Counted from the stretch's first letter, positions 40,402 to 51,115 are shown. The stretch is DNA of 64,000 bases from an uncultured Verrucomicrobiae bacterium (GCA_963813025.1 CAWEXO010000011.1:736001-800000), one strand, 5' to 3'. Numbers and translations: made by a program. Notes: a model not told the origin generated them from the letters alone.

Positions 40402-41887
40402 GAGAGACCTCATGTTTAGTCGCGGATGGGTCCGCCGGCTCCGACCTGGTCCGCTTCCACCATTCGTGAAAACTTTCGCTGGGCAGGGCGGGAAAATCTC
40501 GCACCGCTGTCCAGGCACCGAGCGGACCCGGCAGGCCCGTGATGAACCCGTCGCGCTCAAAAAGTTTCAGTCCGATCTTCGCGAGGCTTTCCCACCCGTG
40601 CAGAGCTCCGTAGCTGCTGAAAACCAATGCCGCAGCTTGCATCATTATATTCTCCGGATCGAGACGGCCAACCAATGTCTGCTGTTTCTGGCGAACGATC
40701 TTGCCTCGCAAATGAATCAGCACGTCCGGAATGTTAATTTTAACCGGACAAACGTCATAACAGGCGCCGCAAAGCGACGAGGCAAAAGGAAGGCTGGTGG
40801 AGTGTTCGAGGTTTTGGAGTTGCGGCGTGACAATGGCGCCGATCGGTCCCGAATACACTGAGCCATAAGCGTGTCCACCGGTCTGTCGATAGACTGGGCA
40901 GATATTCAGGCAAGCGGCGCAACGGATGCAATGAAGTGTCTGTCGAGCGGCCTCATCCGCCAGGACTTTCGTCCGGCCGTTATCCAAAAAAACGACGTGC
41001 ATCTCGCGGGGCCCGTCCCCGCTATGAACGCCGGTCCAGATCGAGGTGTACGGATTCATGCGTTCACCCGTGGCGGATCGGGCCAGCAATTGCAGGAAAA
41101 CTTCCAGGTCCTGGAACTGTGGGATGATCTTCTCAATGCCGACCAGGGAGATCAGGACGTCGGGAAGCGTGAGACACATCCGGGCGTTTCCTTCGCTTTC
41201 GACGATCACGATCGCGCCGGTATCAGCAACAGCATAGTTCGCTCCGCTCACCGCGACCTTAATCGTCAGAAATTTTTCCCGAAGATAACGGCGCGCCGCG
41301 CCGGTAAGCTGCTCAGGGACGTCTGTTAGTTTGTCGATTCCAAGCGCGGCCAAAGGCATCTTTTTCTCGAAGATTTGCCGGATCTGGGCGCGATTTTTGT
41401 GGAGAGCCGGGACCACGATATGCGAGGGTTGATCTTCCCCCAGCTGGATGATCAAGTCAGCCAGATCGGTTTCGTCCGGCGTGATGCCGCGCTCCTGGAG
41501 ATACTCGTTTAAGCCGATCTCGTCCGAGGTCATCGTTTTGACCTTGATCACCTCTTTCGCGGCGTGACCGCTGATGATGTCGGCAATCAGGCGATTCGCT
41601 TCATCGGCGTCCCTGGCCCAGTGCACCTGTCCCCCGGCCGCTGCGAAGTTGGTTTCAAATTGCTCAAGATAGAGGTCGAGATACTTGAGGGTCTGCGCCT
41701 TGATGTCGTAGCCCGCCTGACGCAGCGCTTCCCAATCAGGCGTCTGGCTGACGAGCCGAGCGCGTTTGCCCCGAATCAGATCAGTGGCGTGCCGGACATT
41801 GTGACGGAGCTGCGTGTCTTGTAATGCCTCTTTGGCTGCTTCCGGAAACGGCGGCGCGCTGGCCGCGTGACCCACCCGCGTGCTCAT
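40394..41887 (-). CDS. lutB: Lactate utilization protein B (Fe-S)
   Basis: PSHIVVPALH, CIRCAACLNICPVY and SLCGACYDVCPV motifs. Confidence 0.92.
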   Translation of the reverse strand: MSTRVGHAASAPPFPEAAKEALQDTQLRHNVRHATDLIRGKRARLVSQTPDWEALRQAGYDIKAQTLKYLDLYLEQFETNFAAAGGQVHWARDADEANRLIADIISGHAAKEVIKVKTMTSDEIGLNEYLQERGITPDETDLADLIIQLGEDQPSHIVVPALHKNRAQIRQIFEKKMPLAALGIDKLTDVPEQLTGAARRYLREKFLTIKVAVSGANYAVADTGAIVIVESEGNARMCLTLPDVLISLVGIEKIIPQFQDLEVFLQLLARSATGERMNPYTSIWTGVHSGDGPREMHVVFLDNGRTKVLADEAARQTLHCIRCAACLNICPVYRQTGGHAYGSVYSGPIGAIVTPQLQNLEHSTSLPFASSLCGACYDVCPVKINIPDVLIHLRGKIVRQKQQTLVGRLDPENIMMQAAALVFSSYGALHGWESLAKIGLKLFERDGFITGLPGPLGAWTAVRDFPALPSESFHEWWKRTRSEPADPSATKHEVSHE

Positions 41888-42627
41888 GCCGCTTTTCCTT
41901 CCTCAGTCGAGGCGAGAATTTCGGCGATGTGGACCGTTCGCACGCCCGAGCGTTGGCGATGCAACGAGCCGAAAATATGCATCAGACAGGAATTGTCGCC
42001 CGCGGTGCAGATCTCCGCCTGCGTATCCAGAATGCAACGCACTTTCTCGGCGAGCATCGCCGCGGATGTCTCCGCATTCTTCACGGCAAACGTCCCGCCA
42101 AACCCGCAGCATTCTTCCTGGTTCGGGAGACTGACGAGCTCAAGACCGCGCACGTTCTGAAGCAGCTTGATCGGTGCGTCGCCGACCCGCAGCAGACGCA
42201 GAGAATGACACGAGGGATGGTAGGTCACCCGATGAGGATAATAGGCTCCGACATCCTCGAGGCCAAGGCGTTTGACCAGCAGTTCAGTAAGCTCGTAAAC
42301 ACGCGGCGCCAACGTCGCGATCGCCTGGGCCAACGCGGGGTCGCCGGCCGTGGCAGCCAGTTTGGGGTAGTGCTCCCGAATCATCGCGACACATGAACCC
42401 GACGGCGCGCAAATTACCTCCGCATTCTCAAACTGCTCAACGAACTTGCGCAACAGCGGTAATGTCTCGCGCTGATACCCGGTATTGTAGTGCATCTGGC
42501 CGCAACAGGTCTGAGCAGGGTTGAATTCGACCTGGTGCCCGAGCCGTTCCAAAAGCGTGACAACCGCTTGACCCGTAGCCGGGAAAAGCAAGTCGGTGTA
42601 GCAAGTAATAAAAAGCGAAACGCGCAT
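41884..42627 (-). CDS. lutA: Lactate utilization protein A (CCG domains)
   Basis: QTCCGQ, YHPSCH and ECCGFGGTF motifs. Confidence 0.92.
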   Translation of the reverse strand: MRVSLFITCYTDLLFPATGQAVVTLLERLGHQVEFNPAQTCCGQMHYNTGYQRETLPLLRKFVEQFENAEVICAPSGSCVAMIREHYPKLAATAGDPALAQAIATLAPRVYELTELLVKRLGLEDVGAYYPHRVTYHPSCHSLRLLRVGDAPIKLLQNVRGLELVSLPNQEECCGFGGTFAVKNAETSAAMLAEKVRCILDTQAEICTAGDNSCLMHIFGSLHRQRSGVRTVHIAEILASTEEGKAA

Positions 42628-42742
42628 ACCGGTCGGGGAAGTGCAGGGCAGAACCAGCGCAGAATCTGAAGGTTGGGAATTGGTCTGGATGAATCAAGCT
42701 TTTTAAAAATGAATCCCCCACAATCGAGTCCTCCTCTCACAG

Positions 42743-42832
42743 AGCAGCAGAACTCTCCAGCGTAGCCGGAGAGTTCTGCTGCCACAGCGGGCCTCGCTCG
42801 CAAATCCCTCAGGGTTTGCGAGCCAGGCAGGC
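42743..42832. repeat. REP-like family A, copy 3
   Basis: AGCAGCAGAACTCTCC...GGAGAGTTCTGCTGC plus GCTCGCAAATCC...GGTTTGCGAGC. Confidence 0.8.
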
Positions 42833-43783
42833 TTCTGAGGCCAGATCGCAAACGACAATTCCGCGCTCGATCTGGATGGTCGCGTGGTCAATCCGAAAAA
42901 GCTGGTTCAGGTCGCGACAGGCTTTTCCCAAAAGGTGATCATCGTCGCGCACAGCGTATCCGTCGTAAAAAGGAATTACAAGGTGCGCCGTCAAGGCGGT
43001 TTCGGTCGTGCTCATCGCCCAGATGTGCAAGTCATGAACAGCCTGAACCCCGGGTAGTTCGGCGAGATATTTCCTGACCGCCGATTCGTCGATCCCGGGT
43101 GGAACCGAATCGAGCGAAAGATTTAACGAATCGCGGAGAAGTCCCCATGTGCCAGCCAGGATGACGGCGACAATGATCAGGCTGACGAGGGGGTCGATCC
43201 AGTACGCGCCCGTCAGGAGAATCAAGATACCAGCGATAACCACGCCGGCCGCGGTGCCGGCATCAGCAGCCATGTGAAGGAAAGCTCCCTGGATATTGAT
43301 GTCGCGTTTCCGTCCGGACATAAACAGCATCGCGGTTATCCCATTGATCAGGATGGCGATTAATGAAACCCAGATGACCGTCCATCCGGCCACCGGTTCG
43401 GGTTTCCAGAAGCGCTTGATCGACTCCCAGGCAATCGCGCCGATCGCGATCAGCAGGAGAATGGAATTAGCTAATGCCGCCAGAATCGAGGAACGACGGT
43501 AACCATAGGAACGGCCTGGTTTTGGCCCGACATTCGACAAGAGCGCGGCGGTCCAGGCCAGCAACAACCCGATGACGTCGGTGAAGTTGTGACCCGCATC
43601 TGCGATCAGAGCCAGGGATCGCGCGGAGAGCCCAAAGACGATTTCCACGATAACGAACGCGAGATTGAGGCCAATACCGACCGCAAACGCTGTCCCGAAA
43701 TTCTGGGAATGCACATGTCCGCCGTGACCGCCCGCGTGTTCCGCGTGAGGGCTGTCCGAGGGCTGGTGGTCGGTACTAGCCAT
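42809..43783 (-). CDS. Cation diffusion facilitator (CzcD/ZitB-like)
   Basis: His-rich N-terminus; SLALIADAGHN, AFLHMAAD and VHDLHIW motifs. Confidence 0.92.
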   Translation of the reverse strand: MASTDHQPSDSPHAEHAGGHGGHVHSQNFGTAFAVGIGLNLAFVIVEIVFGLSARSLALIADAGHNFTDVIGLLLAWTAALLSNVGPKPGRSYGYRRSSILAALANSILLLIAIGAIAWESIKRFWKPEPVAGWTVIWVSLIAILINGITAMLFMSGRKRDINIQGAFLHMAADAGTAAGVVIAGILILLTGAYWIDPLVSLIIVAVILAGTWGLLRDSLNLSLDSVPPGIDESAVRKYLAELPGVQAVHDLHIWAMSTTETALTAHLVIPFYDGYAVRDDDHLLGKACRDLNQLFRIDHATIQIERGIVVCDLASEACLARKP

Positions 43784-43797
43784 TGAAATTGCCGGTT

Positions 43798-44343
43798 TTA
43801 TTCCCAGTACTCAAATAAAGGCCCGTTCTCGCCGAAGACCGGGTCGCATTCCGGCCGGGGAACTTGCGCGATTTTCTCTTTCGCGTGCAGCCGCTCCGAA
43901 GGATCGCCGCGGCACAGGTCCCAGTGCATTCCGTCCGGATAAGCACCAACCACACCGAAATCAGGGCTTGAACCAGCATTTCGATGGCCCGTTCCCGCAG
44001 GCAGGATGACCACATCACCCGCCGCTACTTCCGCCGTCACCCCATTCTCACCGCCGAAGAGGACCGAAGCTTTTCCCTGAAAGACGCCGAGCACTTCGTG
44101 CGTGTTGCTGTGGTAGTGGTGAAAAGGATAGATGCCGTTGCGCCAAGAGTTGGTCCAGCGGTTTGTCGCAAAAAGGTCTTCCACGATTGCCGCCCGATTC
44201 GATCTCGTTAGCGAAACCACGTTTCGATAGATTAGAAGCGGCAGCTTCGGATTATTGGGGATTTTGCCATCGTCGGCAAAGCGATAGATCTCCGCTTTCT
44301 GCTTCGGCTGAGGGTAGCCTGGAGATTGAATCGATGCACTCAT
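43798..44343 (-). CDS. Cupin domain protein (YjlB-like)
   Basis: FHHYHSNTHEVLG and GDVVILPAGTGH motifs. Confidence 0.85.
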   Translation of the reverse strand: MSASIQSPGYPQPKQKAEIYRFADDGKIPNNPKLPLLIYRNVVSLTRSNRAAIVEDLFATNRWTNSWRNGIYPFHHYHSNTHEVLGVFQGKASVLFGGENGVTAEVAAGDVVILPAGTGHRNAGSSPDFGVVGAYPDGMHWDLCRGDPSERLHAKEKIAQVPRPECDPVFGENGPLFEYWE

Positions 44344-44447
44344 AAGAAAAAGCTACCTCATGAGAGGGAACGTTTCACATATCGCGTGCGGCAGGTGCCA
44401 CACGTTAGACACGGAACGTTCCTCATCCCCCGTGCTACACTCAGGTT

Positions 44448-45068
44448 GTGAACGTTCTGGTCATCGGCGCGACTGGCGGAGTCGGTCAGTGGCTCGTCAA
44501 CCTGGGTTTGCAACGTGGTCACACGGTGACGGCTTTTGCCCGTGAGGCGAGTCGGGTCAAAGCGCAGCATGACCGCTTGCGGGTGATCATCGGAGATGTG
44601 CTGGTGCGGGAGACATTGATCGCGGCGGTCGTCGGACAGGATGCCGTCGTCTCAGCACTCGGCGCGCGCACGCTCGAGCCGAACACCACATGCTCCGAAG
44701 GAATGCGAAACCTCACCCGAGCCATGGAGCAGGCCGGCGTGCGCCGCTTGATTGCCGTGAGTTCTCTTGGGGTCGGAGACAGTCGCAAGCGGGCCGGTCT
44801 TTTGCTGACGCATCTGGTGATTCCACTCTTACTAAAAAACGTCATTCATGACCTCGAGCGTGCGGAGGAAGTTATTCGGAGCACTCAGCTTGATTGGATT
44901 ATCGTGCGTCCGGGCGGCTTGACCGATCATCGACCGGTCCACCATTACCGAGTCGCGGAAGGCGGTTTACGATCCTCCCGGATTGCTCGTGGTGATGTGG
45001 CGTCCTTCATGTTGCAGCAATTGGAGGACAACACGTATCTGCACAAAGCGGTTGCCATTGCGGGCTGA
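44448..45068 (+). CDS. NAD(P)H-binding oxidoreductase (atypical SDR / flavin reductase-like)
   Basis: GATGGVG, DWIIVRPGGL and IARGDVA motifs. Confidence 0.88.
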   Translation: MNVLVIGATGGVGQWLVNLGLQRGHTVTAFAREASRVKAQHDRLRVIIGDVLVRETLIAAVVGQDAVVSALGARTLEPNTTCSEGMRNLTRAMEQAGVRRLIAVSSLGVGDSRKRAGLLLTHLVIPLLLKNVIHDLERAEEVIRSTQLDWIIVRPGGLTDHRPVHHYRVAEGGLRSSRIARGDVASFMLQQLEDNTYLHKAVAIAG

Positions 45069-45111
45069 AGGCGGTTGCATCCTGATCTGTGGCGCTCTTT
45101 AGTCCCTTAGA

Positions 45112-46521
45112 ATGCCGAACTCAGCTTTCCGCTGGATCACCGATCCAAGCTTTTACCCGACAGCGCGGCTCGCCATGCAGGCGCCCCCCGAAAAGCACGC
45201 CTTTGTTGCCGCGCTTGCTCCAGATCACCAATCCCGTCCCGACGCCTTAGTCGTCGTCGATCTCGATCCAACCTCCTCCCGTTACAGCCAGATTGTTGGC
45301 TCTCTCGATATGCCCGATCTCGGCGACGAGCTTCATCACTTTGGCTGGAACGCCTGCAGTACCGCGCTCTGTCCGTATGCCCCTCATCCGCACGTGGAGC
45401 GACGGTACCTGGTTGTGCCGGGTTTGCGTTCCTCGCGGATTCACATCGTCGATACCAAGCCGAACCCGCGCAAACTAACGATCGCCAAGACCATCGAGCC
45501 GGAGGAATTGATGGAGCGATCCGGTTATTCGCGGCCTCATACTGTCCATTGCGGGCCGGAGGGAATCTACCTCAGCGGATTGGGAGCGCCTGATGGCAAC
45601 GGTCCAGGTGGGATTTTCCTGTTGGATCACTACGATTTCAACGTGCTTGGCCGCTGGGAAATCGACCGGGGTCCGCAAGAACTCGCGTACGACTTCTGGT
45701 GGCATTTGGGACACGACACCATGATCACGAGCGAGTGGGGGACGCCAAATCAGATCGAGACTGGAGTGCAGCCGGAGCAGCTGTTCGCCAGCGCATATGG
45801 GCACCGGCTGCATGTCTGGGATCTCCGCCGACGGAAACATCAACAAACGATTGATGTCGGGAAGGAACAGCAGATGGTTCTCGAACTGCGGCCGTCCCAC
45901 GACCCGACCAAGACCTATGGGTACGTCGGGGTGGTGCTGTCTTTGAAAGATCTCTCGTCCTCAATCTGGCTGTGGACGAGAAATAACGGAACCTGGGATG
46001 CGCAAAAGGTGATTGAGATTCCGGCCGAACCGGCCGATCCGGAGGAGTTGCCACCGCTGCTGAAAAGCTTCAAAGCCGTTCCGCCGCTGGTCACTGACAT
46101 CAATCTCAGCCTGGATGATCGTTGGCTTTATGTCTCCTGCTGGGGAACAGGCGAGTTACGGCGTTATGATGTTTCGATTCCCGACCGGCCCCGGTTGAGC
46201 AGCGTTGTGCAAATCGGCGGCATTGTCCGTCGAGCGCCACATCCCGCTCGTCCCCAGGAACCGCGGCGCGGTGGTCCGCAAATGGTTGAAGTGAGCCGCG
46301 ATGGTAAACGTGTTTATTTCACCAACTCGCTTTATGCCGCATGGGATGAACAATTCTATCCGGACGGCGTGGGAACCTGGATGGTCAAGGCGGACGCCGC
46401 TTCGGACGGATCGCTCAAACTTGACCCCAACTTTTTCGTGCATTCCGACGAGCGCCGATTTCATCAAGTGCATTTGGAGGGTGGAGATAGTTCCTCTGAT
46501 TCGTACTGTTATCCTTCGTAA
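45112..46521 (+). CDS. Selenium-binding protein SBP56 family (methanethiol oxidase-like)
   Basis: GDELHHFGWNACS, YDFWW, GGPQMVEVSRDGKRVY and WDEQFYP motifs. Confidence 0.92.
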   Translation: MPNSAFRWITDPSFYPTARLAMQAPPEKHAFVAALAPDHQSRPDALVVVDLDPTSSRYSQIVGSLDMPDLGDELHHFGWNACSTALCPYAPHPHVERRYLVVPGLRSSRIHIVDTKPNPRKLTIAKTIEPEELMERSGYSRPHTVHCGPEGIYLSGLGAPDGNGPGGIFLLDHYDFNVLGRWEIDRGPQELAYDFWWHLGHDTMITSEWGTPNQIETGVQPEQLFASAYGHRLHVWDLRRRKHQQTIDVGKEQQMVLELRPSHDPTKTYGYVGVVLSLKDLSSSIWLWTRNNGTWDAQKVIEIPAEPADPEELPPLLKSFKAVPPLVTDINLSLDDRWLYVSCWGTGELRRYDVSIPDRPRLSSVVQIGGIVRRAPHPARPQEPRRGGPQMVEVSRDGKRVYFTNSLYAAWDEQFYPDGVGTWMVKADAASDGSLKLDPNFFVHSDERRFHQVHLEGGDSSSDSYCYPS

Positions 46522-46675
46522 ATGATCGCGCGGCCCAAAGGGTTGCGTTGAAAATGGGCCGGCGACGGCGTTTTTCCTCGGTCACGTATCGCTTCAGATA
46601 TGCTCTCTCCTCGCGCCTTGCCGGCGCCCATTTTGAACGCAACGACATCATCGGTAAATATGAGACGGTGTACTA

Positions 46676-47323
46676 GTGAATACTACCCCACTCTGGCCGT
46701 GGCTGACCATTATCGGGCTAGGTTTCTGGCACGGCCTGAATCCTGCGATGGGCTGGCTGTTTGCGGTAGCTCTCGGCCTGCAACGAAAAAGTCGCCGCGC
46801 GATGTTTCAGGCATTTTGGCCGATCGGTCTGGGCCACGCGTTGGCAATTATCCTGGTGGTCGTACCGGCGGTCTGGCTTGGAACAGTCCTTCCTTTGAAA
46901 TGGGTGCGTTTAGGCGGCGGCATTTTGTTGGTCGGCGTTGGCACCTGCAAGCTGGTTCGTCTGCGGCATCCGACCTGGGTTGGAATGGATGTGGGGTTTG
47001 CTGACCTTGTTCTCTGGTCCGCTCTGATGGCCACGGTGCACGGCGCCGGCTTGATGCTCGTGCCCGTTTTACTGGGAGCTCCAGCGGTGTTCTGCGGGTC
47101 TTCGCGGAGTGGAGCAACCTGCTTCCTCCCAGCCGTGGCGGGCGCGGCATCGCTCGAAGCGGTGATCCTGCATAGTCTCGCTTACCTCGCGGTGACGGCG
47201 TTAGTTGCCTGGCTGGTCTATGACTTTGTGGGACTTTCGGTCCTGCGCCGTTCCTGGTTCAACGTTGATTTTCTTTGGTCAATCGCGCTGATCGCCGCGG
47301 GCGCTACGCTGTTTGTGGCGTAG
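46676..47323 (+). CDS. Hypothetical membrane protein
   Basis: GFWHGLNPAMGW and HGAGLML motifs; multiple TM segments. Confidence 0.75.
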   Translation: MNTTPLWPWLTIIGLGFWHGLNPAMGWLFAVALGLQRKSRRAMFQAFWPIGLGHALAIILVVVPAVWLGTVLPLKWVRLGGGILLVGVGTCKLVRLRHPTWVGMDVGFADLVLWSALMATVHGAGLMLVPVLLGAPAVFCGSSRSGATCFLPAVAGAASLEAVILHSLAYLAVTALVAWLVYDFVGLSVLRRSWFNVDFLWSIALIAAGATLFVA

Positions 47324-47778
47324 CCGGCGGGCGCGAGCTGGATCTGATGGGACCGCTGGATCTACAGGCTATTCCGGACGAGCTTGCCGCGGGCTGGGCC
47401 GCTCCCTTCTGCTTGACTTCGCCTTTTGGTCTTTTGACTGCGTCTTTTTGGATACAGCATCGGCGGATGGTTTGACCATTCCTTCATTCGCTTTGCCGCG
47501 CGGATCTTGTCCCTTCTTCTCGGGATGATCGCTGGTTGGCCCGGGATAATCCTCTACGTCGCTCACAACGATGATTTCGCACGGTGCAAGGCGGGCGGTC
47601 GCCTCGGAGAAGGTAGAATGATCAGGGAAGGTCGAAGCTGTCTTGGAGCGGTGCGAGGCAAATCCCTGAACTAGCCTCAATCACGATGGGGCTAGATTAG
47701 AAGAATCGCCGGTTTCGCGTCTCCACTGCGTTGACAGATCCTGAATGGTATCGCATCATATCCGACATAGGAGATAGC

Positions 47779-48216
47779 ATGAGCACTTTGACGTATCCCG
47801 CGACAAGGTTCAGCCCTCTCCCCCCGGTCGATCTGACCTCGAGAGCGGAGCGGGAACGTCTCAGCCCTTCGGCTCTTAGAGCGTTTTTCAAAATCGTCGA
47901 GACCTGGAGAATTAAAGACCAGGACGCTCGAGAGCTTTTGGGCGGCGTAACGAATGGACCATACTATCAGTTGAAAAAGGATCCCGGGAATAAGGTTCTA
48001 CCGGCCGACGTGCTCTTGCGGATTTCTTACCTCGTTGGCATCTTCAAAGCGCTCAATACTCTGCATGGGCAAACGCTGGCCGACAAATGGGTTAGCCTGC
48101 CGAATTCTCATCGCATGTTCGCGGGCAAAAACCCGCTGGAGTACATGAAAAAAGGCGGTATGCCGGCGATGCAAAACGTGCGCCGGTTGCTCGATGCCCG
48201 GGTACAAGGACTTTAG
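47779..48216 (+). CDS. Xre/MbcA/ParS-like antitoxin
   Basis: AGGAGA RBS before the ATG; RISYLVGIFKAL...W...PN...PLEYM...VRRLLD; directly upstream of the RES toxin. Confidence 0.85.
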   Translation: MSTLTYPATRFSPLPPVDLTSRAERERLSPSALRAFFKIVETWRIKDQDARELLGGVTNGPYYQLKKDPGNKVLPADVLLRISYLVGIFKALNTLHGQTLADKWVSLPNSHRMFAGKNPLEYMKKGGMPAMQNVRRLLDARVQGL

Positions 48217-48221
48217 AGGGC

Positions 48222-48902
48222 GTGAATTTACCGCCTGTCTCGTCCATCCGATGCTTCGACACTCATCGACTGGTCGCGGCGAAGTATAGCGATGATTCCA
48301 GCGGGGTGCTTGGCCGCGTCGCAGGAGATTCGACGAGCCTGCGTGCTTTGGCCGAATTGGAGAGCATCACCGATGAGAGATTGCTGGGCGAGCACGATCT
48401 TCTGCCGGGAATTGGCGTGCAGGAGCTTGTTTTTGGCGTTCCGCACGCTCATCTGATTAATGCTGCCTTCACCTACGCACATCCTTTCGGCGGCCGGTTT
48501 AATGGCCCTGATCGAGGGTGCTGGTACGCCGCATTCGCGATTGAAACCTCGCAGGCGGAAGTAGCATTTCACAAGACCATTCATCTGGCTGAGATTGGAG
48601 TGTTCGAGGATGAAGTCTTGTGCGTCGACTATCTGGCGGACTTTGCTGGTGAATTTCACGACCTCCGCGGCAATTCCAATTTCAACGATTGCTTCGCGCC
48701 CCATAGCTATGTAAAATCGCAAGCGCTGGCTGAGGGGCTCTCGTTGGCAGCATCGCTCGGCCCCGTGTATCCGAGCGTCCGGCATACCTCAGGGACGTGC
48801 TTGGCGTGTTTCCGGCCAGCACTCGTCTCCAATGTTCGACGTGGACGCCATTACCGGTTCACGTGGGCAAGAGAGACGACCCCGGTTATCACGGAAGGCT
48901 AG
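48222..48902 (+). CDS. RES domain toxin
   Basis: GRFN...WYAA...AEVAFH...YPSVRH conserved R/E/S pattern. Confidence 0.85.
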   Translation: MNLPPVSSIRCFDTHRLVAAKYSDDSSGVLGRVAGDSTSLRALAELESITDERLLGEHDLLPGIGVQELVFGVPHAHLINAAFTYAHPFGGRFNGPDRGCWYAAFAIETSQAEVAFHKTIHLAEIGVFEDEVLCVDYLADFAGEFHDLRGNSNFNDCFAPHSYVKSQALAEGLSLAASLGPVYPSVRHTSGTCLACFRPALVSNVRRGRHYRFTWARETTPVITEG

Positions 48903-49045
48903 AACGAATGCGACTAGAATCTTCCGCCCCTTCGGGGCGGCCCGACGAGAGGGCGTTTTCCCGGGGTTAAAACCAGGTTAAAACCCACGGGCTGAGTCCT
49001 GACGTCCTTCCGGGACTGGCACTGGCACTACCGCCGACCCTCTCT

Positions 49046-49852
49046 ATGCTCCTCCCAATGGAAACCTGGATTTCGCGACTGCCGCTCAATCTTCGCGAGT
49101 ACGCGTGCGAAGCGACGGGCACCGCCTGGAATGTCTTTGTCGGGCTGAGCGCGGTCGTCTTTGACTTTGGGAAGGGGCTTTGGATGGAGCACTGGTTGCC
49201 CAGCGTGAGCGCCCGGCTCCTGATCACCGGCCTGATTTTCTCCGGAAGCGGTTCGCTTTTCGCGGTCTCGCCCTTGGGCAAGCTTAGTGGTGCGCATATC
49301 AATCCATCGGTGTCCTTGGCCTTTTGGGCACGCGGCAAGATGAAAACGCACGATTTTGCCGGCTACGTAATCGCGCAGGTCCTGGGCGGAATTCTCGGCG
49401 CCTGCCTGTTAACCGGCGTCTGGCAGGGCTATGCGCATAGCGTGAATGATGGCATGACGCTTCCTGGGCCGGGTTATCCCCTTTGGTTTGTTTTCGCGGC
49501 GGAAGTCGCGATGACCGGAGCGCTGATCCTTGGCCTTTTTGCTTTTCTCAGCAGTCACCGTTTGCTGCGCTGGACGCCGCTGATGAACTGGATTCTCGTA
49601 GCACTGCTGGTCTGGATAGGAGCCCCGATTTCGGGGACCAGCCTCAATCCGGCCCGCAGTTTCGGGCCGGCTCTGGTGCATTGGCTTTGGGACGCTCAAT
49701 GGATCTACTGGATCGCTCCTCCGCTCGGTGCGCTCCTGGGAGTAGCGATTTTCCGGATCGTAGCCGCCGAGCGAACCGTGTTAACCGCCAAGCTCTTCCA
49801 TGTCGCGCATTACACGTGCATCTTCCAGAACGTCTATGTTCCGCACCGGTAG
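49046..49852 (+). CDS. Aquaporin/MIP family channel
   Basis: SGAHINPSVS and GTSLNPARSFGP loops. Confidence 0.9.
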   Translation: MLLPMETWISRLPLNLREYACEATGTAWNVFVGLSAVVFDFGKGLWMEHWLPSVSARLLITGLIFSGSGSLFAVSPLGKLSGAHINPSVSLAFWARGKMKTHDFAGYVIAQVLGGILGACLLTGVWQGYAHSVNDGMTLPGPGYPLWFVFAAEVAMTGALILGLFAFLSSHRLLRWTPLMNWILVALLVWIGAPISGTSLNPARSFGPALVHWLWDAQWIYWIAPPLGALLGVAIFRIVAAERTVLTAKLFHVAHYTCIFQNVYVPHR

Positions 49853-49897
49853 CCTGCGTTGCCCACCAATCCTTAGATCTTGGTGGGCGACGCACGC

Positions 49898-51115
49898 TTA
49901 CTCTTCCAGACCGAATCCGCGGTGGATGACGTTGGCTCCTTCATCAACCCGGTCCTCATCGACAATGACCGAGATCTTTATTTCGGAGGTCGAAATCATC
50001 TGGATGTTGATTCCGGCGTGCGCCAGCAATTCAAACATTTTTGCCGCGACGCCGGAATGGGAGCGCATCCCGATACCGATCACGCTTAGTTTGGCGATCC
50101 CGCCCTGAGCGGAGAAATTTTTTGCGCCAATCTCGGCTACAACGGGGCCGAGCGAACGTTCAATAGTCGGCAGCTCGTCACCGGGAATGGTGAAAGAGAT
50201 ATCGGTTGTACCGGCGGCGGAGACGTTCTGCACGATCATATCGACGTTGACGTTGATCGCGGCGATCTCGTTAAAAATGCGAGAAGCGGTACCCGGTCGA
50301 TCAGGAACCTGGGTGATCGTTACCTTGGCTTGCTGGCGGTCGACGCTGACGCCACGGATGACGACCTTTTCCATGCCGCTGGTTTCTTCTTTCACGATTG
50401 TGCCCGGTTCATTGTTAAAGCTGCTGCGAACTTCGAAAATTACCCCGAATTTTTTGGCGAATTCAACCGACCGCGACTGCATCACCTTGGAACCGAGGCT
50501 GGCCATCTCGAGCATTTCGTCATAAGAAAGCTCGGGGATTTTACGAGCGCTCTTCACGATCCGCGGATCGCAGGTGTAGACGCCGTCGACATCGGTAAAG
50601 ATCTGGCAAAGATCCGCTTTCATGGCGGCAGCGAGGGCGATCGCGGTGAGATCAGATCCACCACGTCCTAAAGTGGTGATCTGTCCTTCCAGAGTTTCCC
50701 CCTGGAATCCGGCAACGATCACAATCAGCCCGGAATGAAGAAAATTCTGGAGCCGTTTCGGAGTGATGTTCGCGATCTTGGCTTTGGTGTGGACACCGTT
50801 CGTAACAATACCGGCCTGCGCCCCGGTAAGCGAAATGGCGCGCCCGCCCAAGTGAGTCACGGCCATGGCGGTGAGCGCGATGGTGGTCTGTTCTCCGGTC
50901 GAGAGCAACATGTCCAGCTCGCGTTCGCTGGGATGGGGTGTTATCTGCCGAGCAAGCTGGATCAAGTTATCGGTGACGCCAGACATTGCCGAAACCACCG
51001 CGACGACGTGGTTACCTTTCTGCTGAGCTGTCAGGATGCGGCGAGCAACCCGCTGAATGCGCTCCGGCGTAGCGACCGATGTGCCGCCGTATTTTTGAAC
51101 AATCAGTTTCCCCAC
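49898..51115 (-). CDS. lysC: Aspartate kinase
   Basis: VQKYGGTSV, TLGRGGSD and ACT domains. Confidence 0.96.
   Translation of the reverse strand: MGKLIVQKYGGTSVATPERIQRVARRILTAQQKGNHVVAVVSAMSGVTDNLIQLARQITPHPSERELDMLLSTGEQTTIALTAMAVTHLGGRAISLTGAQAGIVTNGVHTKAKIANITPKRLQNFLHSGLIVIVAGFQGETLEGQITTLGRGGSDLTAIALAAAMKADLCQIFTDVDGVYTCDPRIVKSARKIPELSYDEMLEMASLGSKVMQSRSVEFAKKFGVIFEVRSSFNNEPGTIVKEETSGMEKVVIRGVSVDRQQAKVTITQVPDRPGTASRIFNEIAAINVNVDMIVQNVSAAGTTDISFTIPGDELPTIERSLGPVVAEIGAKNFSAQGGIAKLSVIGIGMRSHSGVAAKMFELLAHAGINIQMISTSEIKISVIVDEDRVDEGANVIHRGFGLEE

Noticed and set aside
48924..48940. CCGCCCC-TTC-GGGGCGG hairpin as an intrinsic terminator
   Set aside because: No U-tract follows, and it sits in repeat-like DNA, so it is not called as a terminator.
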